Part shown: positions 8,443 through 18,811 of the stretch, piece after piece
Layout: each line of letters starts with the position of its first letter
How positions within the stretch are numbered: the first letter of the stretch is position 1
Assembly: GCA_036260105.1 (NCBI GenBank)
Contig: DATAAN010000072.1
Coordinates: 1 to 36,252 of the forward strand
Source of the DNA: Actinomycetota bacterium
Lineage (GTDB): Bacteria; Actinomycetota; CADDZG01; JAHWKV01
Length of the DNA: 36,252 bases
Direction: 5' to 3'
Program-made: the position numbers and the translations under genes
Notes under the pieces: generated by a model
Seen by the model: only the letters and a program-made list of their open reading frames with translations
Database searches by the model: none
Told to the model about the DNA's origin: nothing

Positions 8443-9102
8443 TTGAGAAGGATATTGACCGCCTGCCTAGTGGGCATCGTTGCACCGGTCGGAATGGTTT
8501 CCACCGCTGCCGCATCCTCAGCGAGCGATCAGGTCGATCGCATCTTCGCTGAAAAACTGCCGGGCAACCGGCAGGACGAAGGTTCTGACAAACCGGCACC
8601 GCCGCCGCCTGCGGAAGCCGCGCCGGCATCCAACACGCAGAGCTCCATCACAGCCCCGCCTCCCCGGCCTCCAGCGCCGGCGGGAGCCATAGGGGCACCG
8701 GGACCGAGCAACAGCGGCTCGGCCGCGCGGCCGAAGGCGGCACCGCCGGCGCCCGCGCCGCAGGCCGTACGGCAGGCACCGCCGGCCCCCGCGCCTCGGG
8801 CGGCACCGCCGGCCCCCGCGACTCGTGCCGCTTCGTCGGCGCCGGTGCAGCGGGTTTCCAGCACGGCCTACTGCCTGACCGGCAGGATGGCTTCGGGCCG
8901 CTACGTCTACTACGGGGCGGCGGCCATGAACGGCGTACCCCTGGGCTCTCGCTACCACGTGCTGGACGGGCCTCGCGCCGGCTCGACGCTGGTGGTGGAG
9001 GATCGCATCGGCTCGGGAAGCAGCTTCGACATCGCGTATCCGGGCAACTGTTCCGCGGCCAGGCAGTACGGCCGGCGGACGATCTCGGTCCAGCGGGTCT
9101 GA
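8443..9102 (+). CDS. secreted Pro/Ala-rich protein with a C-terminal 3D (MltA-like barrel) cell-wall domain
   Basis: The C-terminus STAYCLTGRMASGRYVYYGAAAMNGVPLGSRYHVLDG...VVEDRIGSGSSFDIAY fits the 3D-domain pattern with conserved Asp residues. I prefer the TTG at 8443 because GGAGG sits 7 nt upstream and it yields the signal peptide MRRILTACLVGIVAPVGMVSTAAA. The track ORF begins at 8341, but third-position G/C in that extension is low. Confidence 0.75.
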   Translation: MRRILTACLVGIVAPVGMVSTAAASSASDQVDRIFAEKLPGNRQDEGSDKPAPPPPAEAAPASNTQSSITAPPPRPPAPAGAIGAPGPSNSGSAARPKAAPPAPAPQAVRQAPPAPAPRAAPPAPATRAASSAPVQRVSSTAYCLTGRMASGRYVYYGAAAMNGVPLGSRYHVLDGPRAGSTLVVEDRIGSGSSFDIAYPGNCSAARQYGRRTISVQRV

Positions 9103-9117
9103 CGCGCCGCTTGACGC

Positions 9118-9156
9118 AAGGACCCCGGGGGCGAGCCCCCGGGGTCCTTCGCTTTG
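9118..9156 (+). terminator. intrinsic terminator-like hairpin after the 3D-domain gene
   Basis: Perfect 14-bp stem AAGGACCCCGGGGG / CCCCCGGGGTCCTT with loop CGAG, followed by CGCTTTG (a weak U tract). Confidence 0.65.
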
Positions 9157-9190
9157 TCCCTCGATGCGCCGGATCGGGGAGGATTGAACG

Positions 9191-10609
9191 ATGCAATCGG
9201 TCAAGGTGTACGCCGACCCGTCGGCGTCTGAGTTGGTCGAAGGGTTCCGCCGCATCCGCCGCGGCATGGGCCTGGCCGAGAGTTTCCCCGCTGCGGTCCA
9301 GCGGGAGGCGGAGCGGGTAGCCCTTCGTCCGGTTGAGCCCGGACCGGGCCGGGCCGACCGAACCGATCTGGACCTGGTCACGATCGACCCTCCGGGCAGC
9401 CGCGACCTGGACCAGGCGTTCTACGGTCAGCGTACGGCCGGCGGCTACCGAGTGCACTACGCGATTGCCGACCTGGGGCACTTCGTGGATCCGGGAAGCG
9501 AGCTGGAGGCGGAGTCCCTGCGCCGCGGCGCCACCCTCTACAGCCCCGATACCAGGACGCCTCTTTACCCCCCGGTTCTGGGAGAGGGTGCGGCCAGCCT
9601 GCTCCCCGGCGTCGACCGTCCGGCCGTGCTTTGGACGATCGACGTCGACCCGGCGGGCTGGGTGAGGTCCACTGTGGTGGATCGGGCGATTGTTCGGAGC
9701 CGGCAGCAGATGACCTACGAACAGGCGCAGCGGCTGCTTGATTCCGAGGCCGGCGGCGAGTCGCTCGAGGTGATGCGTGAGGTCGGCTCGGCGCGGCTGC
9801 GGATCGAGGAGGAGCGCGGAGGCGTGGACCTTCGAATCCCGGAGCAGCAGATCAACAAGACGGCCGGCGGGTTCGAGCTGGCTTATCGGAGCGACCATTC
9901 GGTGGAGCGCTGGAACGCTCAGATCTCCCTGATGACGGGCATCGCCGCGGCCTCAATGATGCTGCACAACGGCACCGGCCTTCTGCGGACCCTGCCGCCC
10001 CCCGCGGAGGAGACCCTGGCCGGCTTGCGAGCGAGCGCCGCAGTTCTCGGCCTCGAGTGGCCCCGCGGGCTGCCCTATCAGGCCATGGTCCGGCGCCAGA
10101 GCCCCGCCGATCCGCGCAGCGCCGCTTTCCTCGCTGCCGCGAGGGTGCTGTTCCGGGGGGCGGGATACCAGTTCTTCACCGGCGAGCCGCCGGACCAGGC
10201 CAACCACTACGCCGTCGCCGCCCCCTACGCCCACGTCACCGCTCCTCTGCGCCGGATGGCGGACCGCCTGTGCAACGAGCTTCTGCTGGCCGGAGGGCGC
10301 GAGGCACCGGACTGGCTGGTGACCCGGCTAGCCGATGCGCCCGAGGTGATGAAGCAGGCGGAGCGACGCGCTCGCGAGCTCGAGAGCCGCATCGTGGACT
10401 ACGTCGAGGCGAGGTTGCTGGCGGGCCGGCTCGGCGACGAATTCGACGCCACGGTGGTCCAGTGCGGTGGCAAGGGGTGTGTGGTCCAGCTGGCATCTCC
10501 GGCGGTGCTGGCAACCGCCGAGGGGGAAGGGCGCCTGGGAGAGAGGGTGCGGGTCCGGCTGACGTCGGCGGACCCCGAGTCGGGCAAAGTGAGGTTCGAC
10601 TTCCTCTGA
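9191..10609 (+). CDS. RNB-domain exoribonuclease (RNase II/R family, short form)
   Basis: RNB catalytic motifs are present: TIDPPGSRDLDQAF, ADLGHFV, YSPDTRTPLYP, HYAVAAPYAHVTAPLRRMADR. GGAGG lies upstream of the ATG. Confidence 0.85.
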   Translation: MQSVKVYADPSASELVEGFRRIRRGMGLAESFPAAVQREAERVALRPVEPGPGRADRTDLDLVTIDPPGSRDLDQAFYGQRTAGGYRVHYAIADLGHFVDPGSELEAESLRRGATLYSPDTRTPLYPPVLGEGAASLLPGVDRPAVLWTIDVDPAGWVRSTVVDRAIVRSRQQMTYEQAQRLLDSEAGGESLEVMREVGSARLRIEEERGGVDLRIPEQQINKTAGGFELAYRSDHSVERWNAQISLMTGIAAASMMLHNGTGLLRTLPPPAEETLAGLRASAAVLGLEWPRGLPYQAMVRRQSPADPRSAAFLAAARVLFRGAGYQFFTGEPPDQANHYAVAAPYAHVTAPLRRMADRLCNELLLAGGREAPDWLVTRLADAPEVMKQAERRARELESRIVDYVEARLLAGRLGDEFDATVVQCGGKGCVVQLASPAVLATAEGEGRLGERVRVRLTSADPESGKVRFDFL

Positions 10610-10613
10610 TTCC

Positions 10614-11477
10614 CTAGAGAGCCTCCTCGATGCGGTGGAACTGCTCGTCGTCCAACTCGACGTGGGCCGCGGCAAGGTTCTCCTCCAGGTGGGCGACCGA
10701 GCCGGTGCCCGGGATGGGCACCATGACGGGTGAGCGCTTGAGCAGCCATGCCAGGGCCACCTGGACCGGCGTTGCGCCCACCTCGACCGCTACCGAGCCC
10801 AGTGGTCCATCCCGCTCCGCAAGCTTGCCCACGGCAATCGGGTACCAGGGAAGGAACGCGATGCCTTCCCGCTCGCAGTACTCCAGCACGTCCTCCCACT
10901 TGCGCTCCGTCACGTTGTACAGGTTCTGCACCGAGACGATCTCCGCCACGTTCCTGGCGGCCACTACCTCGTCGACGGTCGTCTCGGACAAACCGATGTG
11001 GCGGACCTTGCCCTGTTCCTGGAGTTCGGTGAGAACGCCTACCTGGTCCTCCAGCGGGAAGCGCTCGTCGATCCTGTGCAGTTGGTACAGGTCGAGCGAC
11101 TCCACGCCGAGCCGTCGCAGGCTGGCCTCCGCGGCCCGGCGAAGCCTCTCAGGGTTGCCGTCCACGATCCACTTTCCCGGACCCGGACGAAGGAAGCCCC
11201 CCTTGGTGGCAACGGTGATGCCATCGTACGGATGGAGCGCTTCCCGGATCAGGTTTTCGCTGACCTCCGGGCCGTACGAGTCGGCCGTGTCGATGAAGTT
11301 CACGCCCAGCTCCACCGCTCGCCTCAGCACCCGTATCGACTCTTCGTGGTCGGCGGGCGGCCCCCACACGCCGGGACCGGTGATGCGCATGGCGCCGAGG
11401 CCGAGCCGGTGGATTGGCGTAGCGGCTCCCAGGGCGAAGGTGCCACTCGCGGCGGCCGGAGAAGCAGTCGGGTTCAT
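10614..11477 (-). CDS. aldo/keto reductase
   Basis: AKR signatures: GLGAMRITGPGVWG, FIDTADSYG, LDLYQLHR, HIGLSE, IPIPGT. Confidence 0.9.
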   Translation of the reverse strand: MNPTASPAAASGTFALGAATPIHRLGLGAMRITGPGVWGPPADHEESIRVLRRAVELGVNFIDTADSYGPEVSENLIREALHPYDGITVATKGGFLRPGPGKWIVDGNPERLRRAAEASLRRLGVESLDLYQLHRIDERFPLEDQVGVLTELQEQGKVRHIGLSETTVDEVVAARNVAEIVSVQNLYNVTERKWEDVLEYCEREGIAFLPWYPIAVGKLAERDGPLGSVAVEVGATPVQVALAWLLKRSPVMVPIPGTGSVAHLEENLAAAHVELDDEQFHRIEEAL

Positions 11478-11551
11478 CGCTTAGCTCAATGGCAGATGGC
11501 CTGGCTTTGTTCCCTGCCCCAGCGAAAACCTGGCAGTCTAGGACCTCCCGG

Positions 11552-12190
11552 CTAGGTTTCCCGCTCAGGTGGACGGGACGTCTCGGCCGCGCGGCGCATC
11601 GCCACATGCGGGGGACCGTCGGGGATCAGGGGAACCTGCCTCACAACCTCGAACCCGAACCGCTCGTAGAACGCCACGTTGGCGGGATCTGAGGTCTCCA
11701 GGTAGCACGGCAGGCCTTCGGAGTCGGCGCGTTCGAGCACCGGCTGGAGGAGCCGGCTGCCCAGCCCCCGGCGCTGCGCTTCCGGGCGAATGCCCAGCGC
11801 CTCAAGGGACCAGTGCGGGTCGGTGGGGTGGTTGAGCTCCGAGTTCTCGCCCAGCCTGGTGAACGTCCGGAAGGACCGTGGGTCGGCGGCCCAGACCTTC
11901 AGGAAGGGACCCGTGGCCTTCAGCTTCCGCCACGCCGACCACGGGAAGGCACCCGGCGGCAGCCACACCGCTATCCCGTCCAGCATCCCGTCCTCGACCG
12001 CCCCGTAGACAGCGCCGAAGGGAATGGCGTCCCGGACCGCGGCGTAGAAAAAAGGGTGGAGCGCCTTCCTTCGGCGTACCGGGTCCGCGAAGACATGGGC
12101 GAAGGCGGGGTAGTCGGCATGCGAAGCGGACAGGACTCCTGCTCCGTCGGCGGCCTGGCCCGGCTCCAGGACGACTATCTGCGGATCCGT
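11552..12190 (-). CDS. GNAT-family N-acetyltransferase; the N-terminal third lacks a canonical start codon (ACG at 12188-12190 behind AAGGAG)
   Basis: The acetyl-CoA motif RRGLGSRLLQPVLERAD and YERFGFE lie in the 144-aa ATG ORF (11552..11986). The same frame stays open to a TGA at 12215-12217. It encodes GNAT-like sequence (IVVLEPGQAADGAGVL...FADPVRRRKALHPFF...) with high third-position G/C. The minimal canonical call is 11552..11986. Confidence 0.7.
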   Translation of the reverse strand, partial: TDPQIVVLEPGQAADGAGVLSASHADYPAFAHVFADPVRRRKALHPFFYAAVRDAIPFGAVYGAVEDGMLDGIAVWLPPGAFPWSAWRKLKATGPFLKVWAADPRSFRTFTRLGENSELNHPTDPHWSLEALGIRPEAQRRGLGSRLLQPVLERADSEGLPCYLETSDPANVAFYERFGFEVVRQVPLIPDGPPHVAMRRAAETSRPPERET

Positions 12191-12257
12191 GGCGTCTCCT
12201 TGCGGGATGTTGTGTCAGATTAGTCACGATTATTCCTAAGCGGCGGGTAAAGTCCGT

Positions 12258-12839
12258 GTGATGAGATTCCTGGTCAAGCTCGTCGCTTTGCTGGTGATCG
12301 CCCCATTTGCCTACCTGCTCTGGACGGCGGCCGGCATCTGGCAGACGTCGCGTGTTGACCAGCGTCCCACTTCGGACGCGATCGTGGTCCTGGGTGCTGC
12401 CCAGTACGACGGTGAGCCGTCACCGGTGTTCAAGGCTCGCCTGGACCATGCCCGGGGGCTCTACGAGGCGGGGGTGGCGCCGCTCATCGTTGTGCTGGGC
12501 GGCAAGCAGACCGGCGACAGATTCACCGAGGCGCAGGCGGGGGCCGCCTATCTGGAGCAGTTCCTCCCGGCCGACCGGGTGACCGGCGTCAAGGCCGGCG
12601 AGGACACGCTGGACAGCCTGCAGAAGTTCACCGGACTCGCGTCGGAGCGCGGGATTTCCAGCATCGTGCTGGTGAGCGACCCGCTCCACCTGGGCCGAGC
12701 CCGTGAGATGGCGGAGGATCTCGGCTTCGAAGCCGCCGTCTCCCCCTCCAACATCCCGGAAAGCGACGAGACCAAGCGGGACGGCTTGATCCGGGAGACG
12801 CTGAACCTGACTTTCTACCGGATCTTCTCCGTTTCCTAG
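12258..12839 (+). CDS. YdcF/ElyC-family (DUF218) protein with an N-terminal TM helix
   Basis: The DUF218 core is present: AIVVLGAAQYDGEPSPVFKARLDHA..LY...APLIVVLGG, then VLVSDPLHLGRA. The start is GTG 12258 or ATG 12261. Confidence 0.85.
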   Translation: MMRFLVKLVALLVIAPFAYLLWTAAGIWQTSRVDQRPTSDAIVVLGAAQYDGEPSPVFKARLDHARGLYEAGVAPLIVVLGGKQTGDRFTEAQAGAAYLEQFLPADRVTGVKAGEDTLDSLQKFTGLASERGISSIVLVSDPLHLGRAREMAEDLGFEAAVSPSNIPESDETKRDGLIRETLNLTFYRIFSVS

Positions 12840-13672
12840 GAAGCCCCCGGCTCCAGGAAGGACAGCTTGGTGACCGCAACCGGCTCCGCCGCCGGGTCGG
12901 GGTCCGGCGTGGCGGCCCACGCCGGGAAGGGAAACCAGTCGCCGTTCTCCAGCAGCAGCAGAGCGCGGCTCTGTTCCAGCTTGTCGCCGGTGGCCCAGAT
13001 CTCGACCTTCACGCCGCCCTGAAGGGCGCCGTAGACAAACTCGAGTGCCTGACCGATCCAGTCGTTCCCGAGCTCCGGCGAAAAGTGCAGGTGGCCGTAC
13101 TCGTAGTCGACGGTTATCTCGGCGTCCGACCGGACCAGGATGCTGAGGTCCAGGCCCGCTTCGCTCCGGTGCGGAAGGTGGACTTCGAGCTCCTCGGAGC
13201 CCTGTCCGGTCAGGCCGACGGACTCGTCCAGCTCCGGAAGCTCCACCGAGCTCAGCATGCGTGCGAGGTTGGCCAGAACGGTGCTCTGCGTGAGGCTGAG
13301 CCGGCCGTCCTGCGCTTCCTGATCGAGCCATGCGGCGGTGGAGCTCTCATCCCGCGGGTAGAGGAAGAACCGGCTGAACTGCAGGCGGCCGGTTCTCAGC
13401 AACTGCGACTCGAGGGCTTCCAGCGCCGGGCTCAGCGGCTCCCTGGCCTTGACCGCTGCCAGCAGCTCGACCTCCTCGAAACCGCGGGCCTCCCAGCCGT
13501 GGCCGGAAAGGGCCTCGGCGACTGCCCGGCGGAAGGCGGCCGCGTCTTTTGCCATGCCGAGCACGTGGACGAAGCCGCCCCCGGCCGCATCCCCGAAGGA
13601 CTCCACCCACTCCGGGTCGTCGGGCGTGCCGGGGAAGACGTCAACCAGAGCGATCCAGAACCGGTCGGCCAT
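12836..13672 (-). CDS. hypothetical protein (278 aa, acidic, no recognised domain)
   Basis: Long ORF with protein-like composition. The competing plus-strand ORFs are Arg/Gly-rich. Its stop overlaps the ydcF-like stop within CTAG (12836-12839). Confidence 0.7.
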   Translation of the reverse strand: MADRFWIALVDVFPGTPDDPEWVESFGDAAGGGFVHVLGMAKDAAAFRRAVAEALSGHGWEARGFEEVELLAAVKAREPLSPALEALESQLLRTGRLQFSRFFLYPRDESSTAAWLDQEAQDGRLSLTQSTVLANLARMLSSVELPELDESVGLTGQGSEELEVHLPHRSEAGLDLSILVRSDAEITVDYEYGHLHFSPELGNDWIGQALEFVYGALQGGVKVEIWATGDKLEQSRALLLLENGDWFPFPAWAATPDPDPAAEPVAVTKLSFLEPGAS

Positions 13673-13801
13673 GGTACTAGCCCCTCAACCCGTCGGCCTT
13701 CTTCGGCCGGCCTCTGCGTCGATGCAGTGCTAAAACATCGCGCAATTTCGCGCTTTCGACATCCCGGGCCGGGAGATGGACGGTTGACTTATCGTTGAAG
13801 G

Positions 13802-14647
13802 GTGCCTGAGCTTCCAGAGGTAGAGATCGTCGCCCGCATTCTGGGCCGGGCGACGGCGGGGGCCGAGGTCGAGTCTGCCCTGGTCACCGGGGTCAGCACG
13901 CTGAAGAGCTACGACCCACCGCTCTCCGCCGTCGAAGGTAGCCTCATAACCGGAATACGCCGGCGCGGCAAGCATCTGCTGGTGGACTTCAGCGGAGGGC
14001 TAACGCTTCTTCTCCATCTCATGTCGGCCGGAAGGTTCCAGCTCTACGACAAGCGCGGGTCGCTTCGGGATAAGACCACCCGGCTGCTTCTGCGGCTGGC
14101 CGACGGGCGGGAGCTCCGGCTGCGGGAGTTCGGCACCCGGCAATCGAGCTGGGCCAAGCTATTGCGGTCGGCGGCCGTCGACTCGGACGAAGCGCTCGCA
14201 ACGCTGGGGCCGGAGGCGTGGCCGGACCCACCGCCCTTCGGCGATCTTCTGTCGTCCCCCCGCCCCTTGAACAGCCTTATCCGCGACCAGCGGGTGATCG
14301 CCGGAATCGGACGCTCCTGGGCCGACGAGATCCTGCATCGAGCGAAGCTCTCGCCCTTCAAGAGGGGCGACGACCTGACCGAGGCCGAGGCTCAGGCGCT
14401 TCGGGAGGCGACGGTGGAGATACTGGGCGCTGCCATCGACCACTACGAGAAGGTGCTGGCCGTGCCTATCCCGGACAAGCTGCCGCTGCCGCTTGTCGTT
14501 CACCACCACATCGGCGAACCATGCCCACGCTGTGGCGCTGAGATCCAGGCCGTGCACTTCGAGGATCACGAGATGTGCTACTGCCCCCAGTGCCAGACCG
14601 GCGGCAGGTCGCTCAAGGACCGCAGGCTCTCCCGCTTGCTGAAGTAG
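13802..14647 (+). CDS. Fpg/Nei-family DNA glycosylase/AP lyase
   Basis: The N-terminus (M)PELPEVE supplies the catalytic Pro2/Glu3 from a GTG start. An H2TH region is present, and the C-terminal zinc finger is CPRCG..N16..CPQC. Confidence 0.9.
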   Translation: MPELPEVEIVARILGRATAGAEVESALVTGVSTLKSYDPPLSAVEGSLITGIRRRGKHLLVDFSGGLTLLLHLMSAGRFQLYDKRGSLRDKTTRLLLRLADGRELRLREFGTRQSSWAKLLRSAAVDSDEALATLGPEAWPDPPPFGDLLSSPRPLNSLIRDQRVIAGIGRSWADEILHRAKLSPFKRGDDLTEAEAQALREATVEILGAAIDHYEKVLAVPIPDKLPLPLVVHHHIGEPCPRCGAEIQAVHFEDHEMCYCPQCQTGGRSLKDRRLSRLLK

Positions 14648-15806
14648 GTCTCCTCAGGGGGTAGGCCGCCCGGCCAGCCGGGAAGACCTCAGGACCGTGA
14701 GACCGACGAGCGCCATCGCCGCCGAAACCCAGAAGACGCTGCGCAGACCGCCGAGCTCGGCCACCACGCCGAGGGTGAGAGGCCCGGCACCGAATGCGAC
14801 GTCGAAGAAGGCGGTGAAGCTGCCTATGACCGAGCTGCGCTCGGAGGCCGACACGCCGGCCAGCGCCAGGCTGAGCAGCGCCGGGAAGCAGAGCGCTTGG
14901 CCGGTGGCGAAGAGGGCGGCGCTGGCGAAGAGGGCCGGCTCCCCACGGGCGAAGCCGATCACGACGAGGCCGATACCGGACAGAATCGCCGCCACCGTGG
15001 CCGTTCTGCCCGGCCCGAGCAGATCGGGGATGCGCGCTCCGGCGCTGCGAATGACGATGATGACCGCGGCGTAGGTCAAAAACACGAAGCGCGAGCCCTC
15101 CATGCCGATGCTCAGCGCCAGCAGCGGCATGAAAGCGGAGAACCCGGCGAACCCCCAGATCAGCAGCGCCAGGACGCTTCCCGGCAGCACCGCCTTTGGA
15201 TGAAGCAGCTTGAAGGAGTGGCTCTCGGCTGGGGTGTCGGATCTGGCGTCGGGCATCCGGAAGGCGATTACGACGGCCAGGGCCGCCAAAAGGCCGGCGG
15301 CGATCCAGACCGCACCGAAGTCGGCCCGTTCCAGAAGGGCCTCTCCCGCCAGGGGCCCCAGCCCGATGCCGGCGAACACGGCAAGCGAGAAGAAGCTGAC
15401 TGCCTCCCCCCGCCGGGCCTCGGGGGCTATGTCGGCGATGGCGGTAGCCGCGCCGGTGAAGAAGAACGCCTCTCCAACGCCGTTGAGCAGCCGAAGTGCC
15501 ACGATAAGGACGATGTTCGATGCGAGGCCGTAACCCAGGATCGAGACAGCGGCCAAGGCACCGCCGCCGAGGACCAGGGGGCGGCGTCCACGCCGGTCTC
15601 CCAGATGGCCGGCCAGGGGGCGCAGAAGGACTGCGGATACGCTGAAGATGCCGGCGACCAGGCCGACGTGAAACTCGCTGCCGCCCAGGGGCCCGGTGAC
15701 GAATCGGGGCAGTACCGGGAGGACCATCCCTATCGAGATGAAGTAGGCGACGCAGGCGAAGCTGACGATCAGAAACGCGGGGGTGACTAGCCTCTCCCGC
15801 GGGGCT

Positions 15807-17042
<1,236 letters not shown>

Positions 17043-17052
17043 CCTCTCTACA

Positions 17053-18021
17053 TTAAAGGGTGACCATGTCCCGCAGCTTGCCCGGGCTGGACGGGTGCCG
17101 CAGCTTCGACAGCGCCTTGGCCTCGATCTGCCGGATGCGCTCGCGGGTCAGCGTGAACTCACGGCCGACCTCCTCGAGCGTCCTGGGCTCCCCGGTCACC
17201 AGTCCGAACCGCAGGGCGAGAACCTTCTTCTCCCGGTCCGACAGCGTGCCGAGCATGCTCCACAGGTCCTCCTGTCGGAGGGCCAGCGCCGCCGCCTCGA
17301 ACGGCCCCTCGGCATCCTCGTCCTGGATGAAGTCGCCCAGCTCGGCGTCCTCGTCGCCCACCGGCTCGTGGATCGACACGGGCTCGGGAAGCACCCGGAA
17401 CGCCTCGCGGACCTTCTCGGGGGTCATCTCGGCCGCAGCGGCGATCTCGTCGATGGTGGCCTCGCGGCCCATCTGCTCCAGCAGCTCCGACTGAACCTTA
17501 CGAACCCGGTACAGGGTCTCGACCATGTGCACCGGAATACGGATGGTCCGGGCCTTGTCTGCGATGGCTCGCGTGATCGCCTGGCGGATCCACCAGGTCG
17601 CGTACGTCGAGAACTTGAACCCACGGCGGTAGTCGAACTTCTCGACCGCCCGCATCAGGCCCAGGTTGCCTTCCTGGATGAGGTCCAGCAGAGGGAGCCC
17701 GGCTGCGGAGTACCGCTTGGCGATGGACACCACGAGTCGCAGGTTGGACTGGATGAAGCGCCGCTTGGCGGCGAGTCCGGCCTGCACGACCTTCTGCAAC
17801 TCGTCCTTGCGCTTCGGGCCCAGCCTTGGCTTGGCCTCCAACGTCGCGGCGGCTTCCTGCCCGGCCTCATAGGCCTTGGCGAGCTCGACCTCGTTGACAT
17901 CTGTAAGTAGGGGATACTGGCCGATCTCCCGGAGGTACTGGCGGACCAGGTCCTCGTGCGGAGCTTCCTCTCGGGCCTCGGTGCGGGCAGGCTCGTAATC
18001 CCGATACTGCTCTCGTTTCAC
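17053..18021 (-). CDS. RNA polymerase sigma-70 family factor (group 1/2-like, regions 1.2-4 present)
   Basis: [11 protein letters not shown] (region 1.2), [12 protein letters not shown] and [34 protein letters not shown] (region 2), IRIPVHM (region 3), and the region-4 [23 protein letters not shown]. Confidence 0.9.
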   Translation of the reverse strand: MKREQYRDYEPARTEAREEAPHEDLVRQYLREIGQYPLLTDVNEVELAKAYEAGQEAAATLEAKPRLGPKRKDELQKVVQAGLAAKRRFIQSNLRLVVSIAKRYSAAGLPLLDLIQEGNLGLMRAVEKFDYRRGFKFSTYATWWIRQAITRAIADKARTIRIPVHMVETLYRVRKVQSELLEQMGREATIDEIAAAAEMTPEKVREAFRVLPEPVSIHEPVGDEDAELGDFIQDEDAEGPFEAAALALRQEDLWSMLGTLSDREKKVLALRFGLVTGEPRTLEEVGREFTLTRERIRQIEAKALSKLRHPSSPGKLRDMVTL

Positions 18022-18526
18022 GGCGTTCCTTCCGTATAAAACCGCTCGATCTTGCTATACCCATGGCCCGGGCCGTCAATCAAGCGAAGGCGGTCGACAG
18101 TCTCTCGGATGAGCCTTCGAGTGTAGGGGATCGCTTGACAACTTGACAAGGTCGGGCGGGAGTCTTTGCAATTCCTTCACATTGTCAAACGAAGATGGCG
18201 GCACTCACATTCCCGAAACCCTGAGGAAAGCTGCGATTCCTTTACGGTTAGGCTCATCTTCGGCCGGGAATCATTACGTGTGGACCAAATGTCCGCTGAA
18301 GATCAAGGGTGTTGCTGTACAGGCCAGGCAAGCGTGGGTGGCCGTCCGACCCCTACGGCTGTTAATCTATTTGCGGTTGTAGGTTTCGGTTTTCGGTTCT
18401 ATCAGTTGCCGCGGAGCTACCTCTGGCCGCGGCTGGTTGTTCTTCTGGGCCCGAACTGCAGCACGGTACCCCACAGGGGGTGCTTGAAGTAGCGCCGCAA
18501 AAGTTGCGGCCGAAGGGAGGGTACAG

Positions 18527-18730
18527 ATGAGTCAGCGTGGAACCGTCAAGTGGTTCAGCGATGAGAAGGGCTTCGGCTTCATTTCTCAGGAGGGTGGGGA
18601 GGACGTCTTCGTCCACCACACCGGCATTCTCGGCTCGGGATTCAAGTCGCTCAGCGAAGGCCAGTCGGTCGAGTTCGATGTGACACAGGGCCAGAAGGGT
18701 CTTCAGGCGAGCAACGTTCGCCCCGTATAG
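18527..18730 (+). CDS. cspA: cold-shock protein (CspA family)
   Basis: [15 protein letters not shown] (RNP1) and DVFVHH (RNP2) in a 67-aa protein. GGGAGG lies 6 nt upstream of the ATG. Confidence 0.95.
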   Translation: MSQRGTVKWFSDEKGFGFISQEGGEDVFVHHTGILGSGFKSLSEGQSVEFDVTQGQKGLQASNVRPV

Positions 18731-18742
18731 CCCATAGGTTTC

Positions 18743-18778
18743 GAAAGAGGGCCGGCTATGCCGGCCCTCTTTCTTTTG
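18743..18778 (+). terminator. rho-independent terminator of csp
   Basis: Perfect 14-bp stem GAAAGAGGGCCGGC / GCCGGCCCTCTTTC with loop TAT, followed by TTTTG. Confidence 0.8.
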
Positions 18779-18811
18779 CTCGGCCCGGCCCGGCGGCCGG
18801 TGCAGGCTTCG

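Noticed and set aside
8650-8830. Repetitive GC-rich DNA here, and at 21750-21893 and 35695-35735, as possible CRISPR or other non-coding repeat arrays.
   Set aside because: All three are in frame within ORFs and encode Pro/Ala-rich linkers. There is no repeat-spacer architecture and there are no cas genes.
8518-9898. Minus-strand ORFs 8518..9381 and 8648..9898 across the 3D-domain and RNB genes.
   Set aside because: Arg/Pro/Gly-rich and crossing an intergenic terminator hairpin. The plus-strand genes have clear domain motifs.
18143-18619. ORFs 18143..18382 (+), 18166..18492 (+) and 18362..18619 (-) in the sigma/csp spacer.
   Set aside because: Mediocre third-position G/C, no SD, odd composition, and one runs into the csp coding region. 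The region is more likely UTR or promoter RNA.
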